Shown piece by piece: positions 26,657 to 36,919 of a DNA stretch of 36,955 nt. The notes under the pieces were generated by a model that did no database searches, was not told the origin of the DNA, and saw only the letters and a program-made list of their open reading frames with translations. The position numbers and the translations under genes are program-made. Within the stretch, counting starts at the first letter, position 1; each line of letters opens with the position of its first letter. This DNA comes from an uncultured Collinsella sp. Its GTDB lineage: Bacteria > Actinomycetota > Coriobacteriia > Coriobacteriales > Coriobacteriaceae. Location: positions 1 through 36,955 of the forward strand of contig CAUASQ010000001.1 in assembly GCA_958431945.1 (NCBI GenBank), read 5' to 3'.

Positions 26657-28069
26657 ATGACCAAGAACCGCACCGAGGTCGCGGACATCGACCGCAGCCT
26701 CTACGACTTCACCTATGGCGAGGAGGGATTCGAGCGCCTCGACGCCGGCATCACGCCCGACATCGTGCGCGAGATCAGCGCCAAGAAGGACGAGCCGCAG
26801 TGGATGCTCGACCTGCGCCTCAAGTCCCTCGAGATTTTCAACCGCTTCCCGGATCCGACGTGGGGCCCCTCCATCGAGGGCTTGGACATGGACAACATCG
26901 TCACCTACGTCAAGCCCAACACCGACCAAAAGCACGACTGGGAGTCGGTGCCCGACGACATCAAGAACACCTTTGAGCGCCTGGGCATCCCCGAGGCCGA
27001 ACGCAGCTACCTGGCAGGCGTCGGAGCGCAGTACGACTCCGAGCTCGTCTACCACAACATGCAGGACACCGCCTCCAAGATGGGCATCGTCTACTCCGGC
27101 ATCGAGGAGGCCCTGCACGACCCGCAGTGGGAGCCGCTCATCCGCGAGAAGTTTATGACGCTCATCCCGCCCACCGACCACAAATTTGCGGCCCTGCACG
27201 GCGCCGTATGGTCGGGCGGCTCGTTTGTCTACGTGCCCAAGGGCACCAAGCTCGATTTCCCGCTGCAGAGCTACTTCCGCCTTAACGCCAAGGGCGCCGG
27301 CCAGTTTGAGCACACGCTCATCATCGTCGAGGACGATGCCGACCTGCACTTCATTGAGGGTTGCTCCGCGCCCAAGTACAACGTGGCCAACCTCCACGCC
27401 GGCGCTGTCGAGCTTTTTGTGGGCAAGCGTGCGCACCTGCGCTACTCGACCATCGAGAACTGGTCCAAGAACATGTACAACCTCAACACCAAGCGTGCGC
27501 GCGTGGACGAGGACGGCGACATCGAGTGGATCAGCGGCTCCTTCGGCAGCCACGTGGGCTATCTCTATCCCATGAGCGTGCTCAACGGCCGTCGCGCCCG
27601 CTCGAGCTTTACCGGCATCACCTTTGCCGGCGCCGGGCAGAACCTCGACACCGGCTGCAAGGTCGTGCTCAACGCGCCCGAGACCTCGGCAACCGTCGAG
27701 ACCAAGGGCATCTCCAAGAGCGGCGGCATCCAGACGTTCCGCAGCTCCATCGTGGCCACGCCTAAGGCCGAGGGCTCCAAGGCAACCGTGAGCTGCCAGT
27801 CGCTCATGCTCGACGACCAGAGCCGCTCCGACACTATTCCGGCCATGGACATCCGCGCCAAGAATGTCGACATCGGCCACGAGGCCACCATCGGCCGCAT
27901 CGGCGACGACAAGGTGTTCTACCTGATGAGCCGCGGTATCTCGGAGGAAGAGGCCCGCACCATGATCGTCAACGGCTTTGCCAACCCGGTCTCCAAGGAG
28001 CTGCCGCTGGAGTACGCCGTCGAGATGAACAACCTGATCAAGCTCGAGATGGAAGGAGCGATCGGATAA
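26657..28069 (+). CDS. sufB: Fe-S cluster assembly protein SufB
   Basis: GVGAQYDSE, VWSGGSF, GQFEHTLI, EGCSAP, HEATIG...FYLMSRG. Confidence 0.96.
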   Translation: MTKNRTEVADIDRSLYDFTYGEEGFERLDAGITPDIVREISAKKDEPQWMLDLRLKSLEIFNRFPDPTWGPSIEGLDMDNIVTYVKPNTDQKHDWESVPDDIKNTFERLGIPEAERSYLAGVGAQYDSELVYHNMQDTASKMGIVYSGIEEALHDPQWEPLIREKFMTLIPPTDHKFAALHGAVWSGGSFVYVPKGTKLDFPLQSYFRLNAKGAGQFEHTLIIVEDDADLHFIEGCSAPKYNVANLHAGAVELFVGKRAHLRYSTIENWSKNMYNLNTKRARVDEDGDIEWISGSFGSHVGYLYPMSVLNGRRARSSFTGITFAGAGQNLDTGCKVVLNAPETSATVETKGISKSGGIQTFRSSIVATPKAEGSKATVSCQSLMLDDQSRSDTIPAMDIRAKNVDIGHEATIGRIGDDKVFYLMSRGISEEEARTMIVNGFANPVSKELPLEYAVEMNNLIKLEMEGAIG

Positions 28070-29340
28070 TGAAACAGACCACCAACACCGCTGCTACCAC
28101 CCTTGAGCAGGTCAATGCGATGCCGGCTGCCACTTGGGGTTGGCTCAAGATGAACCAGACCAAGCTTGAGCTTTCCGACGAGCTCGCCGCCGCTCCCGCC
28201 GAGGCCGTTGAGGTCGAGGGCCTGGACGAGCAGTTTGCCGGCTCGGCCGACGCCTTCGACGCCGCCATGGAAGCCATGGCCGAGCGCTTCCCCGAGCGCC
28301 GTGTCTCCGCCCACGGCGACGCCGCCGACCGCGCCCGCATCACGCCCGAAACCGAGCTCGACGTGCCCGCCACCTCCATCTACCAGGCCGGCGCCATCAA
28401 GCTCGAGGAGGAGCTCTCCCCCGCTGAAGCCTTCGAGACTGGCATGGGCGAGGCTGCCTACACCTATCTGACCGAGCACGCCGCCAAGCGCATCGTCATC
28501 GATGTGCCCGCATACCAGCACGCCACGGTTACCGTGCGCGTGAGCGGTGTCGATGCCGCCGCGGCCATCGCCGCCATCGACGTCGTCGTCCGTCCCCAGT
28601 CGACGCTCGACCTGCAGATCGCCCTGGACTCCCCCGTTGCCGGCGAGGGAGTCGTGGGATCCGTGCTGCGCGTGTGCGCCCACGAGTACGCCACCGTCAA
28701 CGTGGCCTGCACGCAGACGCTCGACGATTGCTGGATCGCACTCGACGACACCGGCCTGTTCCTGGACGAGGGCGCGCGCGTCAACGTGCAACACACCGTC
28801 CTGGGTGCCGGCGCCAGCGCCACCGGCCTTGCCGGCGACCTGCTGGGCGATACCGCCAAGGTCACCATCGATACTGACTACCTGGGCGCCCGCGAGCAGG
28901 TGCGCGACTTTAACTACGAGCTGCGCCACCGCGGTCGCAAGACCGAGTGCGAGATCGACGCCAACGGCGTACTGACCGGCACGTCCAAGAAGGTCTACCG
29001 CGGCACCATCGACCTCGTGCACGGCTGCAAGGGTGCCGTCGGCACCGAGCGCGAAACCGTGCTGTTGGCCAACAAGGGCGTCGACAACAAGACCGTCCCC
29101 GTCATTCTCTGCGACGAGGACGACGTTGCCGGCAACCACGGCGCCACCATCGGTCACGTCCGCGACGAGCAACTGTTCTACCTCGCCTGCCGAGGCCTTG
29201 ACCAAAACGCCGCCGAGGACCTGTTCATCCGCGCCAAGTTGGAGGACGCCGCGCTTTCCGCCACCGACGAGCGCACCCGCGCCGCCGTCGTCCGCCTGGG
29301 CAACAACCTGATCGACAACTTTGAAGAGGAGCTCGCATGA
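28069..29340 (+). CDS. sufD: Fe-S cluster assembly protein SufD
   Basis: EDDVAGNHGATIG...LFYLACRGL, and operon position. Confidence 0.9.
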   Translation: MKQTTNTAATTLEQVNAMPAATWGWLKMNQTKLELSDELAAAPAEAVEVEGLDEQFAGSADAFDAAMEAMAERFPERRVSAHGDAADRARITPETELDVPATSIYQAGAIKLEEELSPAEAFETGMGEAAYTYLTEHAAKRIVIDVPAYQHATVTVRVSGVDAAAAIAAIDVVVRPQSTLDLQIALDSPVAGEGVVGSVLRVCAHEYATVNVACTQTLDDCWIALDDTGLFLDEGARVNVQHTVLGAGASATGLAGDLLGDTAKVTIDTDYLGAREQVRDFNYELRHRGRKTECEIDANGVLTGTSKKVYRGTIDLVHGCKGAVGTERETVLLANKGVDNKTVPVILCDEDDVAGNHGATIGHVRDEQLFYLACRGLDQNAAEDLFIRAKLEDAALSATDERTRAAVVRLGNNLIDNFEEELA

Positions 29341-30662
29341 TCGACACCGAGCACGTTAAATGCGATACCTGCACTGCCCCCGAGCCCATGGAGCTCGACG
29401 CCAGCGACGAGGCTTCGCGCGGCTGGCCCACCGTAGACATCGAGACCAACCCCTACAAGGCGCAATTCCCGCTTTTCCAGCAGCACCCCGAGATCGCCTT
29501 CCTCGATAGCGCCGCCACCGCGCAGCGCCCTGCCTGTGTGCTCGACGCCGAGCGCGACTTCTATCAGTGCATGAACGCCAACCCCCTGCGTGGCCTGTAC
29601 TCGCTGTCCGTCGAGGCAACCGACGCCATCGCGAAGGTCCGCCAGCAGATCGCCGACCTCATCGGCGCCTCACAGGCCAACGAGGTCGTCTTCACCCGCA
29701 ACACGAGCGAGTCGCTCAACCTGGTCGCCAAGAGCTTTGCGCCCACAGTGCTCAAACCGGGCGACGAGGTCGTCATCACCATCATGGAGCACCACTCCAA
29801 CCTAATCCCGTGGCAGCAGGTCTGCCGCGAAACCGGCGCCAAGCTCGTCTACCTCTACCCCACTAAGACCGGCCAGCTCACCACCGAGGAGGTTCTTGCC
29901 AAGGTTGGTCCCAAGACCAAGATTCTGGCCGTGGGTCAGGTTTCTAACGTGCTGGGCGTCGAGAACCCGGTCAAGAACCTCGGCAAGCTCGTGCACAAGT
30001 ACGGCGGCTATCTGGTCGTCGACGGCGCGCAGTCGCTGCCGCACATGCCGGTCAACGTGGCCGACCTGGGCGCCGACTTCTTTGCCTTTAGCGCGCACAA
30101 GGCCATGGGCCCCATGGGCATCGGCGTGCTGTGGGGCAAGATGGACCTGCTCAACGCCATGCCGCCCATGCTTACCGGCGGTGAGATGATCGACTCGGTC
30201 ACCGAGCAGGATGCCGTCTGGGCGCCCGTCCCCGAGAAGTTCGAGGCCGGCACGCAGGACGCCGCCGGCATCTTCGCCACGGGTGCGGCACTCGACTACC
30301 TGGTCAACACGGTGGGTTACGAGAACATCCAGGCACGCGAGCAGGCACTCGTCCACTACCTGATGGGCGAGCTCATGCAGCTCGACTTTGTCCAGATCAT
30401 CGGCTCCATCTATTGGGACAACCACCACGGCGTTGTAAGCTTTAACGTCAAGGGCATCCACCCGCACGACGTCGCGAGCATCATGGACATGGACGGCGTC
30501 TGCATCCGCGCCGGCCACCACTGCGCGCAGCCGCTGCTCACCTGGCTGGGCGTCGAGAACCTCGCCTGCTGCCGCGCCAGCGTGGCCTTCTACAACGACA
30601 AGGCCGATATCGACAAGTTCATCGCCGGTCTGCATCACGTTTGGAGCACGTTCAATGGGTAA
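29337..30662 (+). CDS. sufS: Cysteine desulfurase SufS
   Basis: LDSAATAQ, MEHHSNLIPW, FSAHK, FEAGT, RAGHHCAQP. Confidence 0.95.
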   Translation: MIDTEHVKCDTCTAPEPMELDASDEASRGWPTVDIETNPYKAQFPLFQQHPEIAFLDSAATAQRPACVLDAERDFYQCMNANPLRGLYSLSVEATDAIAKVRQQIADLIGASQANEVVFTRNTSESLNLVAKSFAPTVLKPGDEVVITIMEHHSNLIPWQQVCRETGAKLVYLYPTKTGQLTTEEVLAKVGPKTKILAVGQVSNVLGVENPVKNLGKLVHKYGGYLVVDGAQSLPHMPVNVADLGADFFAFSAHKAMGPMGIGVLWGKMDLLNAMPPMLTGGEMIDSVTEQDAVWAPVPEKFEAGTQDAAGIFATGAALDYLVNTVGYENIQAREQALVHYLMGELMQLDFVQIIGSIYWDNHHGVVSFNVKGIHPHDVASIMDMDGVCIRAGHHCAQPLLTWLGVENLACCRASVAFYNDKADIDKFIAGLHHVWSTFNG

Positions 30663-31089
30663 TCTGTACACCTCCACCACGTTTATGGAGCACAACTCAC
30701 ACCCCGACTACAAGTACGAGATGGATGCCCCCACGCACGAGCACGACGGCATCAACCCCAGCTGCGGCGACGAGCTCACCTTGCAGCTACGTGTCGAGAA
30801 CAACGTGATCGAGGAGGCCTCGTTTACCGGCCACGGCTGCGCCATCAGCCAGGCCAGCGCCGACATCATGGCCGACCTCATCACCGGCGAGACGGTCGAG
30901 GAAGCACGTCGCTTGGCAGGGCTCTTCCTCGCCATGATCCGCGGCGAGCAGCTCTCCGAGGAGGACCTGGAAGATCTGGACGAGGCCGCTCAGCTCCAGG
31001 ACATCTCGCACATGCCCGCCCGCGTTAAATGCGCCGAGTTAGCCTGGCGCACCCTCGACGGCATGCTCGAGGGGCAAACAAACCAGTAG
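30655..31089 (+). CDS. sufU: SufU (NifU-like) Fe-S scaffold / sulfur-transfer protein
   Basis: NPSCGD, GCAISQAS, ARVKCA. Confidence 0.93.
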   Translation: MGNLYTSTTFMEHNSHPDYKYEMDAPTHEHDGINPSCGDELTLQLRVENNVIEEASFTGHGCAISQASADIMADLITGETVEEARRLAGLFLAMIRGEQLSEEDLEDLDEAAQLQDISHMPARVKCAELAWRTLDGMLEGQTNQ

Positions 31090-31121
31090 TTTATGCCCCG
31101 AATCCAAGGTTTTTGATTGCC

Positions 31122-31151
31122 GAGCCGCCCGATACGGGCGGCTCTGTTTTT
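31122..31151 (+). terminator. Intrinsic terminator of the suf operon
   Basis: GAGCCGCCC-GATAC-GGGCGGCTC followed by TGTTTTT. Confidence 0.75.
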
Positions 31152-31750
31152 ACCTAATGAGCGCGAACGCACAAAGTCCGCGCGTCCGGCGCCCCGTCTG
31201 ACATTTGCCACACAGCCAGACGCGAGCACGGGCGTTTTCCACAGCACCAAAGGCCTGCGGCAGGGCCCCGGGCCCGCCAAGCAATGCGCCAAGCCCCGTT
31301 CTGCGAAGCTCCGACTCGCTTCGCGCCTGCAGCAGACGGGTCCCATAGGGAGCGGCGTGCATTTTTGCGAGTATTCAGCACGCCAAGCTGTGTGTATACG
31401 CATCGAAAGCGTTAATCAACGTCTTTAGGCGCATATATATTGTGTTTTAGAACAAGCATCGCGGTCTGACGGGACGCAGGCACGTGCTTCGGGGGCGCAA
31501 CGGCGGGAATCAATAGCTTCGGGACCCGTATGTTGCAAGATTGCGGCGGTGCCGACAGCAACACGATGCTGAAAACTCCGTTTTTTGCACGGCGCAGACG
31601 GGGGTAGGCATGGGCAAACCCGGACCGAGCCGTTATTTTATGCAAGATGGCGATTTTTCTATGCATATTAAGAAGTGCAGTTACCGTACCAAGCTTTTAG
31701 AACAATGGTTGTGGCATATGGGCGACCCCAGCTGCGGTGCACAGGCAGTC

Positions 31751-32563
31751 CTACGCCACGTTTCGGCCAGTCTGCACCGCCGTTCGTGCACAGGCACGCA
31801 CGATACGAGAAACGGTACTTTTGCCAATCCCCGTATATCGCTCAATCTGACGCACCGTAAAACCGGCATCGTGCAATCCAAGAATGACGATATTGCGCTG
31901 CGCCGACGGCGCGGCTTTAACCCCGTGGAGCGGAACCCCGAGGCTCTTCGCCATCTTGTCGGCAAAGGCGTGGCGTTCCCATTCCGTCTCTTTCATATCG
32001 CACAGCGCTGGCTCACTGCCGTCGGGCGCCGAAAGCGAATAGGCAATAAAGCCCTCGGCAGAACCAAAAAGCTCAAGCACGCAAGAAGGATCAGAAAATC
32101 CCCTCGCGACATCGGCCGCGTCACCGTCGTAAGCGCACAAATGCTCCGCAAAGCTACTCCAGGGATAACGCTCTATTAGGCTAACGCCCGCCTCCTGCGG
32201 ATCGGCGTGTACGGAGCGAATAGCCTCCATCACCTGCCAGTCGGTATCGAGCGAGCGCCGGTCAAAACGGTTCTGGAACAGATGCCCTGTGCGCCCCGTG
32301 CGTTTATTGAACCGCCGCGCGTACGTCAAAAGCAACCGGTGCATCGCCGCGCTCATCCTGTCCTCGTAATCTGTAAGCACCAAATGCACGTGATTGCCCA
32401 TAAGGCACCAGGCGATAACCGTCACACCCTCCTCGCAGCAGCACTCGCGCATCAGCTCCAAAAACTCCCACCGGTCTTCATCGCCCTCAAAGATGAGCTG
32501 TTTGCCCACACCGCGAGCACAGACATGGTAAAAGCCGGTAACCGTTCTCCAAACGCGCTGCAT
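31751..32563 (-). CDS. Y1/HUH (IS200-like, RAYT-type) transposase-family protein with C-terminal HTH; catalytic Tyr apparently lost
   Basis: FYHVCARG...IF...WCLMGNHVHL...YARRFN...GHLFQNRF. IRSVHADP stands where YIHxNP is expected. ATG at 32563 after GAAGGGA. Confidence 0.8.
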   Translation of the reverse strand: MQRVWRTVTGFYHVCARGVGKQLIFEGDEDRWEFLELMRECCCEEGVTVIAWCLMGNHVHLVLTDYEDRMSAAMHRLLLTYARRFNKRTGRTGHLFQNRFDRRSLDTDWQVMEAIRSVHADPQEAGVSLIERYPWSSFAEHLCAYDGDAADVARGFSDPSCVLELFGSAEGFIAYSLSAPDGSEPALCDMKETEWERHAFADKMAKSLGVPLHGVKAAPSAQRNIVILGLHDAGFTVRQIERYTGIGKSTVSRIVRACARTAVQTGRNVA

Positions 32564-32966
32564 GGCGCTCCCTTCGCCGGGATCTGCTTGCCATCCAATA
32601 CAGCACGATTGAAGCGTGCCATCAAAACATTCACGCAAAACAATGCACTCGCGCGGCCAAAGGCAGCAAACAGGCGGCGAACGGCACCGTTGCAACAGGT
32701 CAACCCCTGCAACGCTTACAAGAGCCGACCAAAAGCCAGCCAAAGACGGACCCCCTCTACGGAGGTTCGCGACCACAGAACATAGAGTTAAACCGTTTCA
32801 ATTAAAACTTCCGGACTTCTCGCTACGAAAACTGAGCCGTTCGCCGAATATTCCGTGCATTTCGCGGTATTATAGGGGCTGCATGTCATGTCCCTTTCGA
32901 AGGGTCGCCCGGCAATCGCCAGCCACGACCCCCAGACGGGACGCCAACACGATAGAGAGGAGAGGC

Positions 32967-33701
32967 ATGCAGTACTCACAGGAAGTGGAGAACATGTGCC
33001 CCGTTGCCAAGGGTGCATACCACGGCCCCGCACCCATCCCCGAGGAGGGCAAGTGGGTCCAGGCTAAGGAGATTTCCGACATCTCCGGTCTTACGCACGG
33101 TGTGGGTTGGTGCGCACCTCAGCAGGGCGCCTGCAAGCTCACGCTGAACGTCAAGGACGGCATCATCGAGGAGGCCCTCGTTGAGACCATCGGCTGCTCG
33201 GGCATGACCCACTCTGCCGCCATGGCTTCCGAGATCCTTCCCGGCAAGACCATCCTCGAGGCCCTCAACACCGACCTCGTCTGCGACGCCATCAACGTTG
33301 CTATGCGCGAGATCTTCCTGCAGATCGTTTACGGCCGCAGCCAGACCGCGTTCTCCGAGGGCGGCCTGCCCGTGGGCGCCTCCCTCGACGACCTCGGCAA
33401 GGGCCTTCGCTCTCAGGTCGGCACCATGTTCGGTACCAAGGCCAAGGGCGCTCGTTACCTCGAGCTCGCTCAGGGCTACGTCACCCGCATGGCTCTCAAC
33501 GACAAGAACGAGATCATCGCATTCGAGTTCCTGAACCTCGGCAAGTTCACCGACGCCGTCAAGGCCGGCAAGACCCCCGAGGAGGCCATCGCTGGCGCTA
33601 TGGGCCACTATGGTCAGTGGGAGAACGCTGCCAAGTACATCGACCCGCGCACCGACGAGGAGACTCACTCCGTCGCCAGCGTGTTCCCGGTTCACGAGTA
33701 G
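32967..33701 (+). CDS. IscU/NifU_N-like protein associated with GGGtGRT
   Basis: GWCAPQQGACKLTLNVKDG...GCSGMTHSA...LVCDA. ATG at 32967 after GAGGAG. Confidence 0.85.
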   Translation: MQYSQEVENMCPVAKGAYHGPAPIPEEGKWVQAKEISDISGLTHGVGWCAPQQGACKLTLNVKDGIIEEALVETIGCSGMTHSAAMASEILPGKTILEALNTDLVCDAINVAMREIFLQIVYGRSQTAFSEGGLPVGASLDDLGKGLRSQVGTMFGTKAKGARYLELAQGYVTRMALNDKNEIIAFEFLNLGKFTDAVKAGKTPEEAIAGAMGHYGQWENAAKYIDPRTDEETHSVASVFPVHE

Positions 33702-33719
33702 AAAGGGAGGGAAATAACT

Positions 33720-34724
33720 ATGACTGTTACGTTCGAAGGTTACGAGCGCCGCGCTGACAAGATCAACAAGTGCCTCGCCGACAACGGCATCGCCTCCCTC
33801 GAGGAAGCTCTGCAGATCTGCACCGACAAGGGCTTCAACCCGCGTGAGATCGTCAACAACACCCAGTCCATCGCCTTCCAGAACGCCGAGTGGGCCTACA
33901 CCCTCGGTTGCGCTCTCGCTGTCAAGCGTGGCGCCAAGTCCGCTTCTGAGGCTGCCGCCATCATCGGCGAGGGCATCCAGGCCTTCACCGTTCCCGGCTC
34001 CGTCGCCGAGGACCGCAAGGTCGGTCTGGGCCACGGCAACCTGGGCGCTATGCTGCTCTCCGACGACACCGAGTGCTTCGCCTTCCTGGCCGGTCACGAG
34101 TCCTTCGCTGCCGCTGAGGGCGCTATCGGCCTGGCTCTGAACGCCAACAAGGCTCGTAAGAAGCCGCTGCGCGTCATCCTCAACGGTCTGGGCAAGGACG
34201 CTGCTCAGATCATCGCCCGCATCAACGGCTTCACCTACGTGAAGACCCAGTTCGACTACTTCACGGGCGAACTCAAGGTCGTCGAGACCATCCCCTACTC
34301 CGATGGTCCCCGCGCCGCCGTCAACTGCTACGGCGCCGACGACGTCCGCGAGGGCGTTGCCATCATGTGGCACGAGAACGTCGACATCTCGATCACCGGT
34401 AACTCCACCAACCCCACGCGCTTCCAGCACCCCGTCGCTGGCACCTACAAGAAGGAGCGCCTCGAGGCTGGCAAGAAGTACTTCTCCGTCGCTTCTGGTG
34501 GCGGCACTGGTCGTACCCTGCACCCGGACAACATGGGCGCCGGCCCTGCCTCTTACGGCATGACCGACACCATGGGCCGTATGCACTCCGACGCCCAGTT
34601 CGCCGGTTCTTCCTCCGTGCCTGCGCACGTTGACATGATGGGTCTCATCGGCATGGGCAACAACCCCATGGTCGGTGCCACCGTCGCCTGCGCTGTCGCC
34701 GTCGAGGAGGCCCTCAAGGCCTAA
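33720..34724 (+). CDS. GGGtGRT family protein
   Basis: Contains SVASGGGTGRTLHPDN. Strong codon bias. Confidence 0.92.
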   Translation: MTVTFEGYERRADKINKCLADNGIASLEEALQICTDKGFNPREIVNNTQSIAFQNAEWAYTLGCALAVKRGAKSASEAAAIIGEGIQAFTVPGSVAEDRKVGLGHGNLGAMLLSDDTECFAFLAGHESFAAAEGAIGLALNANKARKKPLRVILNGLGKDAAQIIARINGFTYVKTQFDYFTGELKVVETIPYSDGPRAAVNCYGADDVREGVAIMWHENVDISITGNSTNPTRFQHPVAGTYKKERLEAGKKYFSVASGGGTGRTLHPDNMGAGPASYGMTDTMGRMHSDAQFAGSSSVPAHVDMMGLIGMGNNPMVGATVACAVAVEEALKA

Positions 34725-34759
34725 TCGCGCCCGCGCGATGCTCATATAGTTGAGCTTTG

Positions 34760-34792
34760 GAGCCGCTACCCACCCAGGTAGCGGCTCTTTTT
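34760..34792 (+). terminator. Intrinsic terminator
   Basis: GAGCCGCTACC-N6-GGTAGCGGCTC-TTTTT. Confidence 0.85.
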
Positions 34793-34980
34793 GTTTGCGC
34801 TGTCGCAGGGTAGCTAATGCCGATATATCAGTTGGGGCGAAATACAAGATGTGATGAGATGGAGCGTCAGAGCGTCCATGACGCCCACCTGCCATATTTG
34901 CCCTTTACCGATTTGCCGAGTCTTTGCGGCCCCATTGCCGATCACCCGTGCGACAATGCGCCGGACGAGAAAGGAATCCG

Positions 34981-36507
34981 ATGGAATCGACTGATGTACT
35001 GGTAATTGGATCTGGCATTGCGGGCCTTTGCGCCGCCATCGAAGCGGCACGCACGGGTGCAACCGTCACTGTGGCAAGCGCCGGCAAGACTATGAGTGGA
35101 TCGAGCTTCTTCCCCGGAACCTGGGGCCTAGGGCTTATCGGACCCGTTAACGAAGACGACGAGCAGGACCTCATCGACACCATCCTGGCCGTCGGCGGCG
35201 GCGTTGCCGACCCCGAACTCGTCCAAGCGTTCGTCCACGGCATTCCCCAAGCGATTGACTGGCTCGAGCAAGACCTGGGCGTTGAGCTCCAGCGTCCGCA
35301 AAGCGCCAAGAGTGCTCAACAAAAGCAATTTATCCCCTGCTTTGACCACAAGACGCGCATGTGGCGCGGCCTCACCCGCAAGCCCCTTGAGGACGCTCTG
35401 ACGACCTGGATCGAGTCGCTCGGCATTCGCCTGCTCCCCCGCCATGAGCTTATCGACCTTGTTGAGGACACGAACGGCAGAATAACCGGAACCGTACTCT
35501 ACGACCTTACCGAAAATCGAATCGTGCCCTTTGCTGCCAAGGCCACGGTCATCGCAGCCGGTGGCACAGGCGGCCTGTTCGAGCGCAGCCTTACGTCGGC
35601 TGATGTGCTCAGTTCCTCGCAGGCCATCGCGCTGGCGCACGGCGCAACACTTACTAATATAGAGTTCATGCAGATGATGCCCGGCTTCATCGAGCCCAGG
35701 CGTAACTTGGTCTTCAATGAGAAAACCTGGCGCTACGTGCACGTAGACCAGCCGGTAGATATTGCCGACGACAAGCTGGACGACCTGCTCGAGCAGCGCT
35801 CTGGATATGGCCCTTTCACTTCGCGCCTGGCCTCCCGCGCTATCGATCTCGTCATCGATCAGGCAGGTGCCGAAGGCCTGGCACTCCACTACAACTTCCC
35901 CCGCGAGGATGTCCCAGAGTTTGTGCAGGCCTTTGCTACGTGGCTGCAAGACGAGCACGGCATCGCTCCGACTGACGAGATGCGCGTTGCGATGTATGCC
36001 CACGCCGCTAATGGCGGCATCAAGATCGATAAGACCGCGCACACGGGCGTTGAGGGCCTCTACGCTTGCGGCGAGGCGACAGGCGGCATGCACGGCGCCG
36101 ACCGCATTGGTGGCTTGTCAAGCGCCAACGGCATCGTATTCGGACGCATCGCAGGCGCATCAGCAGCCCTTGCAGCACAGAAAGAGCCTGAGGCAGCCCT
36201 GAAGGCGGATATCGCCCTCCCCCAGTACGGCATAGCCGCAACAGATGCCGATTGCCTGACACAAAGCCTTAGGCACACGATGAGCACCTATTGCATGATC
36301 AACCGCACCGAGACGGGCCTATCCGAGGCACTACACGAGCTTGAGGGCTTAAAGACGGAGGCAACGACCTTGAGCACACAGAAAGCCCAGGACAGCGAAG
36401 TCGCAGCCCTCGCCCGCCTGCAATCGCAGATTCGACTAGCACAGGAAATGGTCAAAGCCATGCGCAAGCGAACTGAAAGCCTAGGTTCGCACTTTCGAGC
36501 GGACTAA
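34981..36507 (+). CDS. FAD-binding oxidoreductase, L-aspartate oxidase / fumarate reductase flavoprotein family
   Basis: DVLVIGSGIAG, IAAGGTGG, EFMQ, GLYACGE...HGADRIGG. ATG at 34981 after GAAAGGA. Confidence 0.88.
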   Translation: MESTDVLVIGSGIAGLCAAIEAARTGATVTVASAGKTMSGSSFFPGTWGLGLIGPVNEDDEQDLIDTILAVGGGVADPELVQAFVHGIPQAIDWLEQDLGVELQRPQSAKSAQQKQFIPCFDHKTRMWRGLTRKPLEDALTTWIESLGIRLLPRHELIDLVEDTNGRITGTVLYDLTENRIVPFAAKATVIAAGGTGGLFERSLTSADVLSSSQAIALAHGATLTNIEFMQMMPGFIEPRRNLVFNEKTWRYVHVDQPVDIADDKLDDLLEQRSGYGPFTSRLASRAIDLVIDQAGAEGLALHYNFPREDVPEFVQAFATWLQDEHGIAPTDEMRVAMYAHAANGGIKIDKTAHTGVEGLYACGEATGGMHGADRIGGLSSANGIVFGRIAGASAALAAQKEPEAALKADIALPQYGIAATDADCLTQSLRHTMSTYCMINRTETGLSEALHELEGLKTEATTLSTQKAQDSEVAALARLQSQIRLAQEMVKAMRKRTESLGSHFRAD

Positions 36508-36637
36508 ATCGATTCTCACTTTGAGTTTGATCACAACTTCTCAACATGCATCGAGCCCCGTAAGCATGATTCCCCTAAGGAGAACACGCCTACGGGGCTT
36601 TAGCCGTGTTTCCCTAAGGGAATCACGGTGCAGATTA

Positions 36638-36919
36638 CTCAGCTCCGCGCCCTTTCGGGTTCGACCCCATGCGTGGTCAACAAAAAAGCGACCAGCCTGA
36701 GCCAGCCGCTTTAACAATCTTTGGGTGGGCCGTCAGGGGGTCAGCCTGCTGCGCAGGCGGTCGCTGCGGCGCTTCGCGCCTTGCGCGCTGCGCTGGCAAA
36801 TGCTTACGCATTTCCTCAGCTCCGCGCCCCGACGGGTTCGACCCCATGTGAGGTTAACAAAAAAGCGACCAGCCTAAGCCAGTCGCTTTAACATGCTTTG
36901 GGTGGGCCGTCAGGGGGTC
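36638..36919. repeat. Two ~105-bp direct repeats (36638..36742 and 36815..36919) that include the tRNA 3' end
   Basis: ctcagctccgcgccc...gggttcgacccc...aaaaaagcgaccagcct...tttgggtgggccgtcagggggtc at offset 177. Confidence 0.9.

Noticed and set aside
32905..32940. Minus-strand GGGTCGTGGCTGGCG resembling the 5' part of a ZTP riboswitch
   Set aside because: Wrong strand for the downstream operon, and the 3' CGCCTGGGCA element is absent.
25796..34895. Long antisense ORFs opposite suf and GGGtGRT (25796..27880, 27919..29205, 32976..34895)
   Set aside because: Typical antisense shadows of strongly codon-biased high-GC genes.
34981..36507. Assigning the symbol nadB or sdhA/frdA
   Set aside because: Only family-level motifs are visible, and no nadA/nadC or Fe-S subunit gene is adjacent.
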